DNA of 64,000 nucleotides from contig NC_087252.1 of the NCBI RefSeq assembly GCF_037042905.1, positions 18,540,001-18,604,000 on the forward strand, read 5' to 3'. Origin of the DNA: Lytechinus pictus (Eukaryota). Both the position numbers and the translations under genes were made by a program. A model generated the notes under the pieces. The model was not told the origin of the DNA. It did no database searches and saw only the letters and a list, made by a program, of their open reading frames with translations. Positions 36,965 through 49,155 of this stretch are shown here, piece after piece (position 1 is the first letter of the stretch; each line of letters starts with the position of its first letter).

Positions 36965-39326
36965 TTTCCTTTCTGCTCTTTGTGTTATTCCTTTCTCCGT
37001 TTCCACCACTCCCCCTTTCCTTTCTTTTTCAATCTGTCTTTTTTTCCGATTGATATCCGCTTTGATTAACGGTACACGTCGTATCTTTTTCATGAATTCA
37101 TAAAATACAGTCCTTAAAATATATTTTTTTTCACCCCAGTATAATATAAAAAGTTACAGTATACATCATATTATTAGAGGCAATAATGAACGTTTTTCAC
37201 GATAACAAAATTAGTGCTTGACTGAAATGTTGCCTTGTCAGGTCAAACTTTGAACCTTGTACGTTTGTAAACCAGGGGGTCGTTTCATGAAAGGACTTCT
37301 CGGACGTTTTATCCGACAGTTACCATAGTAACAGTACCTCTCAGCCAATCAACATCAGAGAAAGATGTCAGATCTGACAACTTGTCGGATGAAAATGTTG
37401 ATGAAACACTCCCCCGAAGTCCTTCGCCAGGAAGTATTACTCAGTATATAGTGGTATTAAGATTTGGGTTTGGAGTTTTTTGAAGGGCCTTTGTATTTTG
37501 GTTTTGAACATTGCAGTGCTTTTTTAATTAACACTTTCTCTTATGAGTTTTAACATCCCAGAATCATAAAACTTTACAAATTATGGCGACATGCCTGTTT
37601 TAAAAGTTTGCAGCCGTGAGAGAGTGACTGTCTAATTTGTTTTGGTTTTGAACCCCCGAATAATTTACTAATTGCCTTTAACGATATTGAATACTATTTT
37701 ATAGTTTTTGCATACGATTTCCACATGATAACGCTCACTATTAAGTCATGCGAATCGTTAACGCAGAACTATACATGTATATTACACACTTGGTCGAGGC
37801 CAATAAACTTATAACTTCATCTATACAGAATAAAAAAATACCAAGAATTTACATTTTTGATAACTCGCTCTTCACCAGATACTGTGGAGTTGTAACAAAA
37901 CTTTGAAACATTTTACCGACATTTCATGCAAAAAATATGTAGAGATATCTGAAACATATATAGAACCAAATTATTTTCCTTCTCACATACTATTGACCCC
38001 TTATGATATGTTCTTATTGATTTTAATATAATAGCAAGATGATGAATATTTCATTAAGAATATATTCGTTATACCTCGAATATGATTTTTTTTAGTGTAA
38101 TGTCATCCTAATCTTTTCTTGTATTTTCATTTTAATAATATGATATTACCAGTTTTGTTTGCTTGTTAGTATTTTTTTTAGTGTGAAATCTGATTCTTTA
38201 TGTGTTTGAATAAAATATGCCCCTTGGAAAGATCAGGTTATACCTGAACGGATGATTTTTTTTTCACATAAAGATGTAATTAATAAAAAATGCAACGAAT
38301 AGTGCCCATCTAAGTGTGTGTAGGCATGACCAATTCGCACTGAGCGGGCACTGGGGCAATCGCCCCATATTTTTTTTTCAAATTTACATTTCTACTGAAA
38401 ATGTTCACAAAATTCACTCAAAGTTAGCACGAAATCCCTTAATTTTACTTCGCTCCCTCGCTTTTGAGTTTCTTTTGTTTACACGTCTTGCCCCCCCCCT
38501 TATATACGGCAATGGCGGTAAGCGTGTGTTGGTGTGTGGTATACATGCATTTAAACGTGTGCATGTTAGTGTAAAGCAAGGTCTAATACTCAAGGTATGC
38601 ATGATCTCTGACAAAGCTCAAAAGTCTTTAAAAGAGAAATGAACCATAATCCAAATAGCGCCACTTCAAGTCCGCAACTAGTCATCTGGCCACCACAATA
38701 CACAATTCGAGCTGTGTACCTTGCAATATGGGCCCACTTGAGTAATAACACACTACTCCACCCCTCAATACATTCATACCACACTATTGTTTTGCCAAGT
38801 AGTAAAGTATGTATTTTCCTCTCATTCTATGTATTATTGTTGGCTATCAGTATTTATAACACGCGGTCAACTGAATGAGAGAACACACAAATTGTTGGTC
38901 AGTTCGATCCCCCTTTTATGGTTTGTGAAATAATAAACCAAATATTTTTGTAGGTTTCAGATGAAAATATTTTTTATTATTAAAATGTTCTTTGCCCAAA
39001 TAAATCACAGTCAAGTTCAATTTCGAAGGGGTATACCTAATGGGTTACATGATACTGCAATCTAATTTTTGGGTGGTGAATTACATGGGGTTTGATGTTT
39101 ATTCATATTAATACGTCCCAAAAGCGTATGCCATGCAGCGTTATTCACCACACAAAACTGGGAATTTTTGCTATTTTAATCAGACTTTAATTCATATTTA
39201 CCGCAGTGATTGTACCATTTTGTGCAGGGATTGCCACAGACCTCCAGTACTATACAATTATAACAGTTAATGAATCTTCTATGTTACATGGTCCTGTGGA
39301 AACAAAGTCATATGATTCCACTTTAA

Positions 39327-40319
39327 CCCTAAATAGACTGGACTATTTAGACGCTTACGAAGACTGGGGAGGGGGTACTGCTGATTCAGCCCCCCTTATT
39401 TTTATTTTATTTTTTCTAAACAAGTGCACATCTATTTCCCGATAATGCATATAGCATTTCCATTTATTTGACAGCAGGATAAAAGAGCATTGTAGATTAA
39501 ATGCCTTGCTCACGGGCATAGGTGCCGCGGCCGGTGATCGAACCCCGGACTTTCCATGTATAGCCAGGCGCCTTAGACCACTCGGCCACGGCACCATATG
39601 ATCTCTGCCGTCGATCGCGCGATCGCGACAAAAATTGGCACGTGCGTTACCCATGACATTTTCTAAAAAACTACAATATCAAATTCTGCGAAAAATATCA
39701 TGGCTCATTAATTATGCTAATTTATGCGTAAAATCATAAGTTTGCTCTAATTGACAAAATAATTCCCCTGAAATTCTAATTTTTGTTTCAAATACCCTTT
39801 GTAGGCATCTGATCAAATTTATATTTAAAATAAAATGATTGATTGATTGATTGAATATAAAAAAATTGTCAACATAACATTTATTTGCCTATGTATTTCA
39901 TTGTTTTCTAACTTTCTTATGTATTTCTTTGTTTTTTGACTCTTTGTTTTTCATTGTTTTTTCAATGGAAATTGTCGGGGACTTTATTTTGACCATCAAC
40001 AAGATAAAAGAAATTGATTTTAAGCAGTAAAAGGTAAAATAATGATACATTTTATGAATTTTGGCTAAAAACACTTTTTGCATTGGATTTGTACACAAAT
40101 ACACGTTTTTGAGAAACTTTGGGTCTGCATGCACTAACAAAATGTTGCATAATTTCGGAACCACGTACCCGGGGTCACAATTTTGGTCTCAAAAGTTGCG
40201 CGAGACTTGAAAGTAAAAAGTCAGCGAGCGACGCAGTCAAAAAATTTCGCGCGACGGATTTATTGCGAAAAATGTAGAGGGTGGGGGCGGGGGTAATTCA
40301 GCCCCCAGTCTTCTTAGGG
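39327..40319. mobile_element. piggyBac-type MITE carrying a nested SINE
   Basis: TTAA|CCCTAAATAGACTGG ... CCAGTCTTCTTAGGG|TTAA. Confidence 0.85.
39442..39595 (-). mobile_element. tRNA-headed SINE, family 2 (copy 2)
   Basis: Minus strand GGTGCCGTGGCCGAGTGGTCTAAGG...GGTTCGATC; same body as 4034..4187. Confidence 0.8.
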
Positions 40320-42418
40320 TTAAGATTCCATTTTATTGACAAAGGCGTAACATGTGTGATTTAGATGATAAATAATATATTGTAGAATCATAATTTTATC
40401 TTTATTCCCCGGAGTAAACACGCAACCTTTATTTACGGACGGGCAAAGTTTCATTTGGTGAAAAATTCCGTGGCGGGTGCATAGACGTACACCAGAGGCG
40501 TTCGCCAATCGATTTTCCTTACTGCAACATTATTAGTTTCTTTCGAGAATAATGTGGTTCAAATGTAATATTTTCACAACTGCAATCTATTTGCTATGTA
40601 TTTATCTCGAAAGAGCCCTAAACGTGGCCATGGAATCCCGTCTCTCACATTCTTCCCTGATCATGCCAATGATTACTTCACAATTCATCCCCTCTAGATC
40701 AACCATCCCTATTTCACGTTCGATTATATGATCAGCACTGCAGCAGTTGCCAAGGAGGTACATCTATATAATTTATATTTACAACTTATTTGCAGGGATT
40801 GCCACAGATCTACAATAAACGACAATTTATATTAAATTTGATTAAATCTGTCGTGTTACGTGGCCCTGTGCTAATAGAAATATATGATTCATCTTTCAAA
40901 CTATTATTATATTGACAAATGAGTAACATATTTGCTTTAGCAGATAAATTGTGGTGTAATCATAATTCTTATCTCTATTCTCCGGAGTTTTACACGCAAC
41001 CTTAATTTACAGACGGACAAAGTTCCATTTGATGTAAAGCTCAGGGTGCATGGGTGTACATCAAAGGCGTTCGCCAATCGATATTCTTTATTGCAAAATT
41101 ACTAATTTCTTTCAAGAACAATTTGGCATAAATGTAATATTTTCATAACCGCAATGTTTTTTGTTCGATGTTTTTATCTCGGAAGAGCCCTAAACGTGGC
41201 CATCGAATACCTAATTACTGTACTTTAACCTCTCGCGAGCATCCCGATCAGCACTGCTAAAAACATCTTTTTGCATTGGATTTGTACACAAATACACGTT
41301 TTCGAGCAACTTTGGGTCTGCATGCACTTACAAAATGTTGCATAATTTTGGAACCACGTACCCGGGGGTCATATTTTTTTTTCTTCAAAAGTTGCGGGAG
41401 ACTTGAAAATAAAAAGTCAAAGAGAGCGACGTGGTCAAAAAAGTTTCGCGCGGCGGATTTATTGCGAAAAATGTCGAGGGGGGGGGGCTGAATCAGCCAC
41501 CCAGTCTTCTTAGGGTTAAGATTCCATTTTATTGACAAAGGCGTAACATGTGTGATTTAGATGATAAATAATATATTGTAGAATCATAATTTTATCTTTA
41601 TTCCCGGAGTAAACACGCAACCTTTATTTACGGACGGGCAAAATTTCATTTGGTGAAAAGTTCAGTGGCGGGTGCATAGACGTATACCAGAGGCGTTCGC
41701 CTATCGATTTTCCTTACTGCAACATTACTAGTTTCCTTCGATAATAATGTGGTGCAAATGTAATATTTTCACAACTGCAATCTATTTGCTATGTATTTAT
41801 CTCGAAAGAGCCCTAAACGTGGCCATGGAATCCCGTCTCTCACATTCTTCCCTGATCATGCCAATGATTACTTCACAATTCATCCCCTCTAGATCAACCA
41901 TCCCTATTTCACGTTCGATTATATGATCAGCACTGCAGCAGTTGCCAAGGAGGTACATCTATATAATTTATATAAATTGGACAATTTATATCAAAATTGA
42001 TTAAATGTGTCATGTTACGTGGCACTATGCAAATAGAAATATATGATTCAACTTTCAAACTTTTATTATATTGAAAAATGAGTAACGTATTTGCTTTAGC
42101 AGATAAATCGCGGTGTAATCATAATTCTTATCTCTATTCTCCAGAGTTTTACACGCAACCTTAATTTACAGAGGGACAAGGTTCCATTTGATGTAAAGCT
42201 CAATAAGCATGGGTGTAAATCAAAGGCGTTCGCCAATCGATATTCTTTATTGCAAAATTACTAATTTCTTTCAAGAACAATTTGGCATAAATGTAATATT
42301 TTCACAACCGCAATGTTTTTTTTTTGGTGTTGTTATCTCGCAAGAGCCCTAAACGTGGCCATCGAATACCTAGGTACTTTACTTTATCCCCTCGCGAGCA
42401 TCCCCGATCAGCACTGCA
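40064..42418 (+). repeat. Tandem duplication of ~1.2 kb with a breakpoint inside the piggyBac MITE
   Basis: 40064-41256 matches 41257-42418, including the MITE right end. Confidence 0.85.
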
Positions 42419-42929
42419 GATGCCAAGGAGGTAGATGTATAGAAATTATTCATAGTCAAAGTTTAAGCATAAAGATTACATTTGTTTATCTTCAAAATTA
42501 TATTATAAGAAAATGTGGTAGACTATCTCCAGCAAACAATTCAAAATAAAGTAAATATTAAGAAATGTTTAACCCTAAGTGATAAAAGGTGCAAAAATGT
42601 ACAATTTTATTATGAATTTCACCCTAAAAGTTGCATTATTTACCATTTTCTTTTACATGCATAATACTGAGCAGTAAAAAGGATAGAATTTGGAACCTAT
42701 ATAACATGGCTCAACTCTGCACCCTTTAGGGTGCTTGGTATAGCTATATAGATGAGCATAATTGCTCTCATAAGCACCCCTTATTTTGGCAGAATATCTT
42801 TTGAAGAAGATGATAATTATAAAAGAAAACAATTATGACACACTGGCAATGAAAGCGAGTTGAATATTTAAATCGTTAAGAATACGATGCATGCTGCTCT
42901 TATTTGATTGTTTTCATAAAAAAAAAAAA

Positions 42930-43389
42930 TCCTTCGCTAAATTCATTTAAAGTAAGATGTAAGTCTTACCTTCTAAATATGTATACTTCACCATGTTCTC
43001 AGTGAATAAGCTAGCTTGCTTTTATGTGTATGTTTTTTAAACATATTTTTTTGTAATATAGTTGTTATTTTTTTTCAAATTTTTCATTAGTTTGTTGATT
43101 TCGTTTATTTTGAAATGTGTGTTTCTTGCAATCTAATCAATTGATTGCAGGATGGTCTTTTTTCGGTAATGAATGTTAATCAGGGAGTAGCCTAGATAGG
43201 TCTATTTGGCTTTTGCTATTCCCCCACATCGCATTCATTACCCTATGTATTTTGTTATTTTTGTTAATTTGTCATTTTACAATATTCATTACTCCTTTAC
43301 TATGGAATCATTTTGATTGATCTTGATATATTGTATCTTGTATGTTTTTTACAGATGTGAAATAAATTAATTTGAATTTGAATTTGAAT
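42930..43389 (+). mobile_element. LINE 3' end/UTR fragment
   Basis: AATAAA followed by an (ATTTGA)n tail; inverted copy at 17866..18290. Confidence 0.65.
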
Positions 43390-45157
43390 AATCAATGTAT
43401 TTTCTTCTATGATGCTGCTGCACCGTCATTGTTTCATTTGTATCATAAAACTTGCAAAACCTCATTTAATTTTCCTCAAACCTTTTTCTTTAGATTTGCT
43501 GTATGTGTACTTTGTGTATTTTTACCCGTTTCTTTTGCATCATCCTGATTATGAAATATCTCCTGTTGTTTGAAGGTTTGCATGGATAGGCGAGAAAGTG
43601 GAAATTTTTAGGTTAGAGTAATTTACATCAATAACTGGGATATACTCATTTGATTTGCTAGTTCATTACGATTTACTTGCACTCCGAATAAAAGTACAAA
43701 ATTTTTCCTGCGCGCGCGCAGCATCTCCCTACGCACGCACTATCCCAAGATCATCACGCAACTAGGCGTCCATTTCCTCTTACTTTCGCCTGCCGCCGTG
43801 ATCAGACGTTAGCTAAGTACACTCCCATTTTACTTCTTAAAGTGTCCTTTGTTTACATATTTATCTATGTATTTACAGCCTATTTCAATCCTTTGCCTTT
43901 CGGCTTTATATTGATTTCATTTATATATCTACTGCACGGAGCTTTCGTGTTATTATTCACGTTTTTCTTTAAATAAACTTGTGAGTTCCGAACCGTCAGT
44001 TTCGTTTTCTCACAGACGGGTTGCTTCCGTTTCCTTTCTCCGTAGCTCCGCGCACTACCTGCGTGTCGTAGGCATTGATACGACGCTCCCTTTTTTCTTT
44101 ATAATCCTTTTTAATTCTTTATAATTCTTGACTTGCTCCTTTGCCTCATCTTGAATTGAATTGATTTTATTTCCTCTCCACAGCTTAGGCTATGGGACAG
44201 GCAGGAGCATCGTCCTTGTTTGTTCTCAAACTTGTTTTCAACTTGTTCTTTTGTGAGTCGGTTGATTGTCTCAATCAATCTTTTGTTCTTGTTTGATTAA
44301 TTGATTGATTGATTAATTAATGAATTAATTAATTGTTCAATTAACTAATTGGTTAATTGTTTAATTATTAATTAATTTTAATAATTATTTTGTATTGAAT
44401 TTTTTTTTAAAGACTTATTGTCTTAAAAGATTTTTCTCTTAATTTTTTTTGGGAAGCCCCCCCCCCCCTGTTCTCTATTAGCGTCCTTTGTTTTCGCTAA
44501 TGAGTATTCGGCTTTCCAGTTTAAGGGAAGTAAGTTTTTACTTCTTTCTTTCAGATCAGCTCCATTTCCTATTTCATTTGACCTTTGTCAACAACAACAA
44601 AAAAAAACCTCTTCGTCTTGGACTTAGACGTTTTCCGTTTTTAATTAATTAACGTCATGTATACGTGTAATTGATTAAAAAAAAAAAAAAAAAAAAAAAA
44701 ACTTGTGTTTTTTCTTAGCTGATCCTGCTCTTCGTCTTGGACTTAGACATTTTCTGTTTTTAATTATTTAACGTCATGTATACGTGTAATTGAAAAGAAT
44801 AAATAAAAAAAAAACTTTATTTTTTTTTTCTCACTTCAGCTTCTTAACTTTGTTTGATCTCATGTTTAAAAAGTCGGTCCTGTTTTTTCCGAAGTTATTA
44901 ATTTTATTATTAATATTTTCTGAAAAGGATCTTGCTTTGTCACCTTTCTTGCCCACCCACCCATCCGTCCCCTCTCTTTTTTCGACCCTCTTGTTCTTTC
45001 AGGCTAAGAACTTACCAGGTAGATGAGCTCTTTTGACTCATCTCTTGACTCCAAACCTGCCGCTGGGAGAGAACCAGACATGGTATTTTGTTCCCGTGAT
45101 CAGCGGCGGTGAGTATGAGGGCAAGAGAGTGAGACCCTTTGCGATGGGCTCTATAAA

Positions 45158-45638
45158 GGGTGGAACCGTGTTTTGCGTCCACGTGCACTGGAAAAAGGAG
45201 GGTGGAACCGTGGAGTTGCGTCCACGTGCCAAAGAGGGTGAAACCGTGGAACCGCGCCCACGTGCCCGAGCGTTTTAGGGTGGAACCGTGGCGTTCCGGC
45301 CACGTGCCTGAAAGGTGATAGCCAAGGCTCCCTCGACGGGACCTGAACCTATTTTGGGGAGTGTTGTACTAGTATAGAAAACCTCACTCCTCCAGGTCTG
45401 CTTGACCCACCGGCTATCGGGTCCAACAAGTCCGGGTTAAGAGCATGGGACTCTTTTCCCGGCACAGACTAGGCTCGATGCTTTCAGGGAGCATTAGCAA
45501 AGGGCTACCAGCCCCTAGTCGCTAGAGACACGTGAGCTCGACCCCATCAATCTCACGATTATCTGATCAGGGTGGAACCGTGAAATCGCGTCCACGTGCC
45601 CTTTAAGGTGGAACCGTGGAATTAGCGTTCATGTGCCT
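45158..45638 (+). repeat. ~37-bp repeat (GGTGGAACCGTG...CCACGTGCC), about 6 copies in the DIRS 5' region
   Basis: Four copies at 45158-45310 and two at 45569-45638. Confidence 0.8.
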
Positions 45639-46525
45639 AAACGGCTTGATCAGATTTGATTGACTTTTCTCATGCGAGATATCACGTCCCCCTGTCTCTT
45701 GTGCCCTCTTCTGCCCCCCCCCTGCGGGGGCCGCATAGAAGAGGAAGAAGAAGAAATTCTAGGTTGCTAACCCCGCTTCGCGGGCAGACCTTTCTTTCTA
45801 ATTCTTGTACCGATGGCCAGGCGTCGTAACTTCATGTTACAACAGAATGCCCTCGAGCATCACGGATTTTTATCCTCATGCTCTCTGTCAGCTAGAACCG
45901 CCGTGTCAAGCACCGGGCAGGTCAAGCAGACATTCGCCATCTCACACCTCGGAGAGTCACCGGCAATTTCATGATTCGCCGGCTCACGCACCTGCAAGGG
46001 AAATTCCCGCTAATACACAGGTGTTATCGACATACGGGCATCGCACCCCATCATGTCACCAGACTCCCGATAATTGTGGGTCAGGCGTCGCAACTCTCAT
46101 GTTGCTTCACACGCCCACGAGCAGTGCGGGTAAATTCCCCCACGCTTCATGTCAGCTTCAGCCGCCGTGCTAAGCACCGTGCGGTTCAAGCAGTCTGCTC
46201 TCTCACGCCGGGCTTTTATTGAAACGCTGTTCACCTACACGGTGACCCCGTTTCTATGCAGGTGCTTCCGACATACGGCTTTGAAGCCAACATGTCGGCA
46301 AGCTCTCGGTGACCGACGGCTGGACGTTGCATCCTTACAGGTTGCATCAACACGTCCCGAGCATTACGGGTTCTTACCCCCGTGTTCTCCGTCATTATAG
46401 ACCGCCGCTACGCGACTGCCGGGCTTATCAGCAGCCTCGCACCAGCCGCCGGCCCTTTTCTTTGAAATTGCCGGCACTTCACCCGCACGGGTGATTTCAC
46501 GATATGCACAGTGCTGCTGACCTAT

Positions 46526-47746
46526 CACAGTGGGCCGGGGCGAAACAAAAGTGCGCCAAAAGTCATTTTGGGCAAATTCAGATTTTTAATTTTTGTCATG
46601 CCCAGCTGAAAGACAACACTTTGAAGAATACTTCAGCAAAATATTTCATTCTGGAATTTGCATAAAGGTTGTTAATTTCCTACCTCAAATCGTAAAATGT
46701 GACATTTTGCGAAATGCCGTGCATATGACAACCTAGTTGAAAAACAGGCCATTTCACAGGGGGTTTTTCATGTAGGAATCTGAAATGGCACCCACATAAT
46801 CCTGATATATTGTTTTTTCGTGTGAAGGGTTCAAATTAGATAAAAGACACATTTCAGGAGGTTTATAGGATAATTGTTCCTCGAAATAGGATGATAATCC
46901 ATGTTTTTTGCATTTACATTAGAAACGTTTGGATTTCCGTGGATTTCCGTTTAAATTCTATCATCATCATTTTGCTAGATGTCTAAGCTTTAAGGCGATA
47001 CCAAATTTAGCTGCCCGTTTTTGCCCGTTTTCATGTTAGAGCCGATTTTACTTGACACAACACCCCCAAAACCTGTTAAAAAACGGTCATTTTTATACCG
47101 CGCAGTCATCGCAGCGCACCGTGTGGGGTGTACATTGCCGTTCATTTTTGCACGGCGAGGACGATTCCCCTTCCATTTCATGAAAATGACATGAATTCCG
47201 GGCTTAATGCAAACAAAATAAAGGTTGGTCACGCATATTAGGGCTACCCGCCCCTCTTCCAGAGATAAAAAGTTACTTGTAGAATAATTTCAGCCAAAAA
47301 CCCTCCTCATAGTAAAACATTCGTGGTGTTTATATACTCTGCGTTTTACCCAAGTCTACGCCGCTTGATAAAGCACGGTTAATATTTTTCAGATTTTTCA
47401 GTATTTTTTCAACCTCATGATCATTTTGATGCCATAAAATTATTTTTAGGATCTCATCCACACTTTTTAGGCATGTGAGAAGCATAAACCAACATTCACT
47501 CTGGTCAATCTTAAAGTAACACATAACACAAAGTTGATATACTACACATTGTTTAGCGTAATTTGTCTTTTCACAGATAGGTTTTAAGTAGCCAATCAAA
47601 ATTTGGTATCAAAGTGACGTTATTTCGGCTTTGAATTATGTTCAGTCGATTCTACGCCCAAAATTACCCTTAATCAACATGTTAAGGTAAAAATATAACA
47701 CGGAATATAATTTTGGCGCACTTTCAACTCATTCTGGCCCACTGTG
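46526..47746. mobile_element. Second non-autonomous Transib element, nested in the DIRS
   Basis: CACAGTG termini, 5-bp TSD CCTAT/CGTAT (4/5), and the same TIR layout as 33768..35654. Confidence 0.85.
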
Positions 47747-49100
47747 CGTATGGGTCTCACCCAGCAAGTCGGCAAGCCCCCGTATGTCGCTGGTAGGACG
47801 CTGCAGCCGCTTGGCTGCTTTCTGTCGGTCTTATTGCCGGTGTCGGGCATTGAGCGGATTGCGTTTCTCCCGCCAGCCCGCACTCCGGGGAGCCGTCGGC
47901 GAGTTCACCTGCATGGGTATCCCCCATTAATATGTAGGTCCTCCCGAATTCGCCCTCTATGTCAAGCTTCACAGTTTGACCGGGCATCGCTTACGGCGAC
48001 GGCTCTTTCAGCGGTAACTCTCTCCATTCTACCCCCTAGGCGGGCCTGTATATTGGATGTAAGAATTTCTAACATACCGCATGCCTTCCTTCTCTCATGA
48101 GAATGTTTGGCTGTTTTTGAGAGGGCAACCTATCACGCCCGCGGACCGTCCGCCCAGGCGACGGGACCGTCAGCTTTTGGCCTGAACCTCACTTTCTATA
48201 CGAAAGTAAGGGTGCCCTTTCTTTACTTTTAACTCCTACTCTTCCTTGTAAGGTTAGAGTCAGGGCTAGTACAGACACCCGTCCTCCAGCGATCGCCGCT
48301 GTAGTGAGGGCGACTCCGATATTAGCACCATCACCGCTCAGCGGTATGTCTCTCGTAGCTCTGCCGAGCTTATGAGCATAATATCGGATCTGAATGTCAC
48401 GGCGATTAATAGTTCTCCTATACTTAATAATCGCTATGCCTTCACCACCCGGTGCATTATGGTTATTTTTTAACCTGTTTGTCTCGTATTCGGGCGGCTC
48501 GTGCGAGCCCTGCCCGAGCTGCCATCATCGGTCGTCCCCCCCGGACCCCGCCGGCAGCACCCGCACCGAACGCCCGGAGGAAATCGGCTATTTATATGCC
48601 AGATACCCCTCACATTCACAGCTTGTTCCCCGAGTCTTTCCCGGTCGGGTAAGCATCATCTCGGTGGAAAGAAACAGCCGTATATCTCATTAGATTGTCG
48701 GCTGTGTACTTGCGTTCAGGCTTGTTTCAAGCTCCGGGCTTTTTCTGTAGGCATTTCTATGCCTACTTCCTGGGCGCACCCACCGTGGTGGGTCGGCGAG
48801 TTCACACCAAACTGTCCGCCGCCAGGCCATCGGTCGAGCTCAAACAGTCTATCCGCTAGACTGCTCTCTATGTGGGTCAAGCTTGCGGGCGTCTCCGCCG
48901 CTTCCTCGTGTGGAGTGGGCTACGGTCGATGCATTTACCGTGCCCGTGTGTCGAGTTGTCTTCTTTTTTAGAAGCTTTTTCACTCGGCACACTTGAGTCG
49001 CCTCGCAGGCTGCTTTCATCCTCCTTCCATGCTATATATGTGGCCATGGTCACTGCGTGACCGAGGATGATGTGATCGTGGATAGGTGCTATGTGCATGC

Positions 49101-49105
<5 letters not shown>

Positions 49106-49152
<47 letters not shown>
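49106..49152. repeat. (TA)n microsatellite
   Basis: Direct reading. Confidence 0.95.

Positions 49153-49155
<3 letters not shown>

Noticed and set aside
39521..39595. Possible tRNA gene
   Set aside because: Imperfect stems, and it is followed by a body shared with the copy at 4034..4187, so it is a SINE head.
46507..46513. Extra CACAGTG just upstream of the second Transib
   Set aside because: It lacks the GGCC and AAAGTGCGCCAAAA parts and has no TSD; likely chance.
33768..47746. A true V(D)J-like rearranging locus
   Set aside because: The heptamers are transposon ends with TSDs, all with 23-bp spacers. None abuts a V or J segment, and no RAG-like ORF is in the window.
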